This document shows positions 57,870 to 64,000 of a stretch of DNA of 64,000 bases, in pieces. This DNA comes from Desulfomicrobium sp. (GTDB taxonomy: Bacteria > Desulfobacterota > Desulfovibrionia > Desulfovibrionales > Desulfomicrobiaceae). A program made the position numbers and the translations under genes. The notes beneath the pieces were generated by a model, which was not told where the DNA came from, made no database searches, and worked only from the letters and a program-made list of their open reading frames with translations. The DNA is taken from assembly GCA_040768745.1 (NCBI GenBank), contig JAXGMI010000001.1, forward strand, positions 256,001 through 320,000. Direction: 5' to 3'. Numbering within the stretch: the stretch's first letter is position 1; each line of letters starts with the position of its first letter.

Positions 57870-59984
57870 ATGTCACAGAGGGAAACCGTGAACCGCGAAT
57901 TCCTGAACGAACCCTGGCGTAGAGTCGCCGCCCGCCGCAGGCTCATACTCCTGATTCTGGTCCTCGTTCCGGCCATCGTCTCGGCCACCATCATGCGATC
58001 CCTGCTGCCCCACAGGGGCAGCACCTTCCTGGAGGGATCCATCACCGTCGTCTATTGCATCCTTTTCATCTGGATCACCTTGGGGTTCTGGACCGCACTG
58101 GCCGGATTCTGGACCCTCCTGAAGCGTAACGACCGCTTTGCCGTGAGCAGGTCACGCGGTGATCTGGACGCGCCCATCCGTCCCCATGTGAGAACAGCCA
58201 TCCTCTTTCCGATCTGCAATGAAGATCCGGAGCGCATCATGGCCGGGATTCATGCCGTGTGGCGATCATTGAGCAGACTGGGGGCTGCCGACAAATTCGA
58301 CATCCATATTCTGAGTGATTCCAACGACCCAGACCGCTGGGTGCAGGAAGAAGCCGCCTGGAACGCCCTGTGCACAAGCCTCTCGGCCCATGGCCGTATC
58401 TTCTACCGCCGACGGCGGATCAACTTGAAGAGGAAAAGCGGCAATGTCGCCGATTTCTGCCGCCGCTACGGCAGCCACTACACCTACATGATCGTCTTTG
58501 ATGCCGATTCAGTCATGTCCGGAGAGACCCTGGTGCGCATGGTCCGCATCATGGAGCGCAGGCGCAACGTGGGCATTCTGCAAACCGCCCCGGCCTGCAC
58601 CGGCAGGGAGACCCTGATCGCCCGGGCCCAGCAATTCGCCAACAGGGCCTACGGACCCATGTACGCGGCCGGCCTGCACCACTGGTTCCTGGGCGACGCC
58701 CAGTTCTGGGGCCACAATGCCATTATCCGGGTCAAGCCTTTCATACACCACTGCGCTCTGTCCCGCCTTCCGGGCAAACCGCCCCTGGGCGGGGACATCC
58801 TGTCCCATGACTTCGTGGAATCCGCCCTCATGCGTAGGGCGGGATATTCGGTCTGGCTGGCCTACGACCTGGAAGGCAGCTACGAGGAAGTACCTCCGAA
58901 CCTGCTCAACGAGCTCAAACGCGACCGGCGCTGGTGCCAGGGAAACCTGCAGCACCTGCGCCTGGTCTTCACCCGGGGCATATTTCCCGGACATCGAGCC
59001 CTTTTCCTCAACGGCGTCATGAGCTACGGCTCGGCCCTGCTCTGGTTCCTCTTCCTGGCCCTGTCCACCACTGAAGCCATTCTGGAAGCCTTGGTCCAGC
59101 CTGACTATTTTGCGCCGACCAAAAGCCTGTTCCCGGTCTGGCCCGTATGGAATCCCATGCCCGCACTGGCCCTGCTCGGCGGAACTGCCCTGGTTCTTTT
59201 CCTGCCCAAGGTGTGCGCCCTCATCCTGGCGGTGATCAAAGGCCGCCGCAAACTGTTCGGCGGCTTTTTCGCCCTGCTTGGAAGCATCCTCTCGGAAGTC
59301 ATCCTCTCCACCCTTCTCGCTCCGGTTCGCATGCTCTTCCACAGCAAATACGTATTCCTGACCCTCCTGGGTGTAGGCATTGGCTGGGGCACCCAGCAGC
59401 GCGACGATGAGGGCACACCCCTCTGGGACGCCCTGCGTTTCCATGGGGGGGGCACCCTCCTGGCCCTGATCTGGGGCGCAGTCCTCTTTCATATCAACCG
59501 GGTGTTTTTCTGGTGGAGTTCACCCCTGATCATATCCCTGCTCCTCTCCATCCCTGTGTCCATGATCACCAGCCGGGCTGAGGTCGGACGATTTTTCCGC
59601 AAGCTCCGCCTCTTTGTCACCCCGGAGGAAGTTCGTCTCCCGCGGGAATACCAGGACATCGAGAAGTACCTGGCTGAGAACACCCAGCAGGGCCAACGGC
59701 TGGGCATTGCCGCCGATGATGGCTTCATCAGGGCCGCCGTCGATCCTGGTGTCAACATGCTGCACCGCGCTTTGCTGCGCGGTTCCCGCTGTCTCGCTCC
59801 CGAGGTTCATGCTCGACGCGACGAGCTCATGGCCAAGGCGATGGAAAACGGGCCTGCCGCACTGAGCAAGAAGGAAAAAAAGGAACTGCTGTATGACAGC
59901 GAGCGGATGTCACGCCTGCACGAGCACATCTGGACCCTGCCAGAGGAGACCATGGCCGAACGCTGGAGTGTCCGCTTGGGCTGA
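57870..59984 (+). CDS. mdoH: Glucan biosynthesis glucosyltransferase H
   Basis: PICNED, ILSDS, RKSGN, DADS, FWGHNAI, ILSHDFVE, RDRRWCQGNLQH. Confidence 0.93.
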   Translation: MSQRETVNREFLNEPWRRVAARRRLILLILVLVPAIVSATIMRSLLPHRGSTFLEGSITVVYCILFIWITLGFWTALAGFWTLLKRNDRFAVSRSRGDLDAPIRPHVRTAILFPICNEDPERIMAGIHAVWRSLSRLGAADKFDIHILSDSNDPDRWVQEEAAWNALCTSLSAHGRIFYRRRRINLKRKSGNVADFCRRYGSHYTYMIVFDADSVMSGETLVRMVRIMERRRNVGILQTAPACTGRETLIARAQQFANRAYGPMYAAGLHHWFLGDAQFWGHNAIIRVKPFIHHCALSRLPGKPPLGGDILSHDFVESALMRRAGYSVWLAYDLEGSYEEVPPNLLNELKRDRRWCQGNLQHLRLVFTRGIFPGHRALFLNGVMSYGSALLWFLFLALSTTEAILEALVQPDYFAPTKSLFPVWPVWNPMPALALLGGTALVLFLPKVCALILAVIKGRRKLFGGFFALLGSILSEVILSTLLAPVRMLFHSKYVFLTLLGVGIGWGTQQRDDEGTPLWDALRFHGGGTLLALIWGAVLFHINRVFFWWSSPLIISLLLSIPVSMITSRAEVGRFFRKLRLFVTPEEVRLPREYQDIEKYLAENTQQGQRLGIAADDGFIRAAVDPGVNMLHRALLRGSRCLAPEVHARRDELMAKAMENGPAALSKKEKKELLYDSERMSRLHEHIWTLPEETMAERWSVRLG

Positions 59985-60257
59985 ATCACTCGTGTCCGCC
60001 CCAGTCCAGAAACACATCCTCCACCGCGGCGGCTGACTTTGGTGGGGATCAACCGTCTCTGAAGTCCGCTGAAAACGGCACCATCGCCGTTTTCCAGGGC
60101 CATCCCATTCCTCCCAGGTCAGACACCCTTGCCGTCCACGGCCCACAATTTCCCTGACAGGGATGGGGAGGACCCGCATCCCCAGCAGATCACCGACAAA
60201 GCGCCGCAACTGATCGTGGTGTGCACAGAGGCCTAACGCCCTGCCGGGCGCACAGAC

Positions 60258-60284
60258 AAAAAAAGCCCCGCAGATGCGGGGCTT
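60258..60284 (-). terminator. Terminator after pal
   Basis: AAGCCCCGC-AGAT-GCGGGGCTT with A-run on plus strand. Confidence 0.75.
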
Positions 60285-60320
60285 CGTCGAGGGAATGTTC
60301 CCTCGCTATCAAAGGCAGAA

Positions 60321-60863
60321 CTACTTGGCGCTGGCCTTGAACTCGTCGCGACGGTTCTTGGACCAGGCAGCTTCGTTGGAGCCCTGGACAGCAGGATATT
60401 CTTCGCCGTAGCTGATGATGGATAACTTGGAGGAATCAATTCCCATCAGGACCAGGAAGTCATACGCAGCGCGGGCACGACGTTCGCCAAGAGCCATGTT
60501 GTACTCGTTGGTGCCGCGCTCGTCGCAATGGCCTTCAATCAGCAGGACCAGACCGGCGTTGGCCTTCAGCAGCTCAGCCTTTTCGGTCAGGACCGCACGG
60601 GATTCCTGGGACAGCTCGTTGGAGTCGAAAGCAAAATAGATCTTGTCAGCGCCGATCTTTTCGATGGCCTGACGCTGCAGCTCGGCAAGACGCTGCGCCT
60701 CAAGCTGCTCGGCAGTGAGACCACCCTGACTTCCATAAGCTCCGGAACCGGAACCTGCGGCAGTCGCACCAGCGGGGGTAGAGCTCACTTTCTTGGAGCA
60801 GCCGCCAGCCATGGCCAGACAGAACACCAGCACAATCAATCCAAAAACACCAAACTTCCTCAT
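60321..60863 (-). CDS. pal: Peptidoglycan-associated lipoprotein
   Basis: Lipobox AGGC, IYFAFD, EGHCDERGT.EYN.ALGERRA, NRR. Confidence 0.95.
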   Translation of the reverse strand: MRKFGVFGLIVLVFCLAMAGGCSKKVSSTPAGATAAGSGSGAYGSQGGLTAEQLEAQRLAELQRQAIEKIGADKIYFAFDSNELSQESRAVLTEKAELLKANAGLVLLIEGHCDERGTNEYNMALGERRARAAYDFLVLMGIDSSKLSIISYGEEYPAVQGSNEAAWSKNRRDEFKASAK

Positions 60864-60903
60864 AACTTCCTCCGTTAACGAAAAAAATACAAAACCTTTG
60901 CCA

Positions 60904-62220
60904 CTATAATTTCCCCCAGGCCGGCGAGGTCGTTTCTCCCGGTCCGGTTGGAATCAATATTGGTTCGTCCCCATGCTTCGTGGTCAAATAGATCTGGCTC
61001 GGACCTGAACGATTTGAGGCAAATGCGATGAAGTACCCATCCGGGGACCAGGTGGGATCCTCATCACTACCCGGACCAAATGTCAACTGTCGTTCGCGCC
61101 CGGAAGCCAAATCGACCAGAAATAATTTGTGGCGGCCATCTACCATCTGTGCAAACACGACCTGTGATCCGTCAGGACTGATGCTCGGACCCGTATTGTA
61201 TTTTCCGGTCAGGGAAATCCGACGCACCTCCCCTGATCCGAAATCCTTGAGAAAGACATGTGGGTTGCCAAGCCGGTTGGAGACAAAGACCATCCTCTGC
61301 CCTGTACGGTCGAAATCAGGTCCGATGTCAATGCCCCAATTCTCCTCCAAGGCCCTTCCCACAGAAAGATCCGGCTTCAGCTCGTAGATGTCGGGGTTGC
61401 CCCTCATGTCCAGACTGATGGCCACCGATCCGTGCTTGGTGAATGCCGGGGCAATGAGCGTATTGCCGGGCAGGCGTTTCGTCTGCAGCGATCTGGTTGA
61501 GCGGTCCCAGATGCAGAGGTTGTGGAACCTGGCGTCCAGAAAGACAAAAACCAGCTTCTGGCCATCGTGGGACCAGGCCGGGCTGACACAAATGCCGTCC
61601 AGATTGGTGATCTTCTGCACCCCCAGGCCCTGGGCCGTGGACATATAGACCTGTTTGCGACGGCCCTCCTTCTTGATCATGGCCAGGTTGGAACGGAAAA
61701 AATCCCCCTGGCCCGTCAGGGCCTCCATCAGATCGGCGCAAAAGCGGGCAGCCACTTCCGGAACCTGCTGTTGGGAAGCGACATTATATCCCTTCCCCAC
61801 AATGAGACGCCCCGTGTACACCTCGTAGGCCCGCAGTTCGACCTCTCCGACCCCGCCGGGCTGCGGAGTCCATGCAGCCGTGACGAGCACGTCGGCCCTG
61901 GACAGCTGGAACTTGTTGAAATCGATGTTCTGGGCCACATACCCCCCTGGGGAGGGCCCTCCGATGATGTCCCTGGCCGAAAGCATGTTGAAAAACGGCA
62001 GAAAAGCGCAGTTGGCGTGAATGCGCTGCTGAAGGTCGGCAGGCGCGTTGCCGGGGATGGCCCCCAGGGGGCCAGCGCTTTCCTTGGAAAGAGGATCCGC
62101 CACGAAGAGATTGACCCGGGACTGGCCCGGGCCGTAGATATCGATATTGAGTACGCCGGCCGCCTGCACCGAGGTGAACGAAACTAGCAGGGCCACAACG
62201 ATGAGAATGGATCTAATCAA
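60904..62220 (-). CDS. tolB: Tol-Pal beta-propeller protein TolB
   Basis: PAWS.DG / PTWSPDG repeats, upstream of pal. Confidence 0.9.
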   Translation of the reverse strand: MIRSILIVVALLVSFTSVQAAGVLNIDIYGPGQSRVNLFVADPLSKESAGPLGAIPGNAPADLQQRIHANCAFLPFFNMLSARDIIGGPSPGGYVAQNIDFNKFQLSRADVLVTAAWTPQPGGVGEVELRAYEVYTGRLIVGKGYNVASQQQVPEVAARFCADLMEALTGQGDFFRSNLAMIKKEGRRKQVYMSTAQGLGVQKITNLDGICVSPAWSHDGQKLVFVFLDARFHNLCIWDRSTRSLQTKRLPGNTLIAPAFTKHGSVAISLDMRGNPDIYELKPDLSVGRALEENWGIDIGPDFDRTGQRMVFVSNRLGNPHVFLKDFGSGEVRRISLTGKYNTGPSISPDGSQVVFAQMVDGRHKLFLVDLASGRERQLTFGPGSDEDPTWSPDGYFIAFASNRSGPSQIYLTTKHGDEPILIPTGPGETTSPAWGKL

Positions 62221-62229
62221 GTCATTCTC

Positions 62230-63207
62230 CTACTGATTTTCGGTATTGTAAAACGTTATGACAATAGTCGTATCCAGACTTTCCGGTACCTGGGGCAATC
62301 GTTTGGTATCTTCAACGGCACGTTTGACCGACGCGTCAAAATCAGGCCGGCCCGAGCCGTTCAACACCCGTGAACCGAGGATTTCTCCGGATCTGCTCAG
62401 GCGCAATTCCACCGTGGCCGCCAGGACCACATTGGAAAGTCTGGGAAATCTCCAATTCTCCCGAATAGCCTTGACCACTTGCGACGCATAGTACTCATCC
62501 AAAGTACCTGCGGATTCGCCCTCGCCCGGACCATCCTCGGCTGTGCCGTCCCCGCTGGTCCCTCGTCCGGACACTTCTCTGCCGATGTCCGCCAGGGCAT
62601 CAGCCAGTGCATTTTTGGACGACCCCTTGGCGTCACCCTTGGCAGCCCCCTCGGCACCCCCCTTGGTGGTGGTTTTTGCTGTCTTGCTCGCCTCTCCCAG
62701 GGCCGCGGCCAGAATCTCTTCCTTGCTTGGCTTTTTCTCCGTCTTGGTCGCATTCTTGGAATCGACCTTGGTCGCGTTCTTGGCATCGGCCTTGGCCGCA
62801 ATATCCTTGGTGTCCTTCTTGGGCTCTTCCTTTTTCGGCTCTTCTTTCTTGGGTTCCTCGGCCTCAGCCACCTTGGTTGCATTGACCGTTTCTTTGGGAA
62901 TGGCCTTGGCTGTATCCGCCGGCACGGTCTTCTTTTCAGGTTTTTTCTGCTCCTCGGCGGCCTTTACTGGTGGCGCCTCCTTGGGAGCGGCTTTTTTCGG
63001 GGTCTCCTGGGCGGCCGCCAGCTTGGGTGCACTTCTGGCTCCAGGCTTTCCTTTATGCGGAGTGCCGACCAGATTGACCTCATACATCTTCTTGTTCAGA
63101 TCAATTTTGACATGGGTCCCGGTGGATACATACGCCCCGCCGGCCAGCACCAGAACATGCAAGGCAATGGAGAAAACCCAACTCAAATGACGCAGCGAAT
63201 TGAACAC
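62230..63207 (-). CDS. tolA: TolA cell envelope integrity protein
   Basis: S..LH TM, K/E/A-rich linker, SG...FD.SV.RA C-domain. Confidence 0.85.
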   Translation of the reverse strand: MFNSLRHLSWVFSIALHVLVLAGGAYVSTGTHVKIDLNKKMYEVNLVGTPHKGKPGARSAPKLAAAQETPKKAAPKEAPPVKAAEEQKKPEKKTVPADTAKAIPKETVNATKVAEAEEPKKEEPKKEEPKKDTKDIAAKADAKNATKVDSKNATKTEKKPSKEEILAAALGEASKTAKTTTKGGAEGAAKGDAKGSSKNALADALADIGREVSGRGTSGDGTAEDGPGEGESAGTLDEYYASQVVKAIRENWRFPRLSNVVLAATVELRLSRSGEILGSRVLNGSGRPDFDASVKRAVEDTKRLPQVPESLDTTIVITFYNTENQ

Positions 63208-63221
63208 GGCAACGCCTTATC

Positions 63222-63632
63222 CTAGGGTTTTTCTTCCTCTGGTTCCGCAACTACTCCCAGCTTTTGTACGCCAGCAGCCCGCACCTCCGCCATGACCTTG
63301 ACCACCACGCCATAGGCCACTTCCTTGTCAGCCTGCAGATAGAGCAGCTTCCCTTTCTGGAAATCCATGCGCTTCAGATGATTGCCAAGATCTTCAACCT
63401 TCACCTCGTATTTGTCGAGCTTGATGACGCCGTTCTTCATGACATGCAGCACCACGGTCTCGCTGTCCTCGGGGAGGGTCTCCACAGCCTTGGTTTCGGG
63501 CAGATCGACCTCTACGCCCTGGGTCAGCATGGGTGCGGTGACCATGAAGATGATGAGCAGCACGAGCATGACGTCCACGAAAGGCGTGACGTTGATCTCG
63601 GCCAGAAATCCTTTTCCTGAATGTACCTGCAT
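63222..63632 (-). CDS. tolR: TolR
   Basis: [23 protein letters not shown]. Confidence 0.92.
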   Translation of the reverse strand: MQVHSGKGFLAEINVTPFVDVMLVLLIIFMVTAPMLTQGVEVDLPETKAVETLPEDSETVVLHVMKNGVIKLDKYEVKVEDLGNHLKRMDFQKGKLLYLQADKEVAYGVVVKVMAEVRAAGVQKLGVVAEPEEEKP

Positions 63633-63635
63633 GGC

Positions 63636-64000
63636 CTATTCACCCCGCTTGTTCATCCAGGGCAATTCGAGCTGGGCGCGGTTCAAAAATTCACTGGCAA
63701 AACACTCCATCTCCGTTTGCACGGTGTTGATCATGCCCAGAAAGGTATTGTAGGCGATGGTCGCCGGGATGGCCACGGCCAGACCGATGGCCGTGGCCAC
63801 CAGAGCCTCGGAGATGCCCGGCGCAACGGCGGCCAGGGCCGCGGTCTTCATCTGTCCGATGGAGTGGAAGGAATTCATGATGCCCCAGACCGTGCCAAAA
63901 AGACCGATAAACGGGGCCGAGTTGGCGCATGTGGCCAGAAAAGCCAAGGACCTGGACATGTCGCCCAGGCTCTCGCTCACCCCCTGTTCCAGCACCCGGC
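63636..64000 (-). CDS. tolQ: TolQ (5' end outside window)
   Basis: [27 protein letters not shown]. Confidence 0.92.
   Translation of the reverse strand, partial: RVLEQGVSESLGDMSRSLAFLATCANSAPFIGLFGTVWGIMNSFHSIGQMKTAALAAVAPGISEALVATAIGLAVAIPATIAYNTFLGMINTVQTEMECFASEFLNRAQLELPWMNKRGE

Noticed and set aside
62780..62860. Short tandem repeats in tolA (and Pro/Ala repeats near 29540-29680)
   Set aside because: Ordinary low-complexity protein linkers

Overview
GC-rich chromosomal window from what looks like a Desulfovibrionales sulfate reducer (Desulfomicrobium-like; inferred from gene content only). About 25.7-64 kb is intact housekeeping: rsmG, fabD, argS, speB, fadD, htpX behind a yybP-ykoY-like riboswitch, flgE, uppP, DtxR-feoAB, greA, hcp, mdoG/mdoH and tol-pal. 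The main object of interest is an ~11.6 kb phage-satellite-like island (13880-25497) integrated at the 3' end of tRNA-Leu(CAA). It carries a P4-type integrase, AlpA, a PriCT-2/Toprim/AAA_25 primase-helicase followed by an iteron-like array, and a Mor-like activator. Its late module holds only a ClpP-type prohead protease, an HK97-type major capsid protein and a putative decoration protein; no portal, terminase or head-tail genes are visible. It also carries two apparent ADP-ribosyltransferase-fold genes. Left of the island lies a decaying accessory patch: an mprF-virJ pseudogene fused by deletion, an IS1595 remnant, repeated intergenic motifs and a frameshifted hisF. All calls come from reading motifs by eye; no database searches were run.
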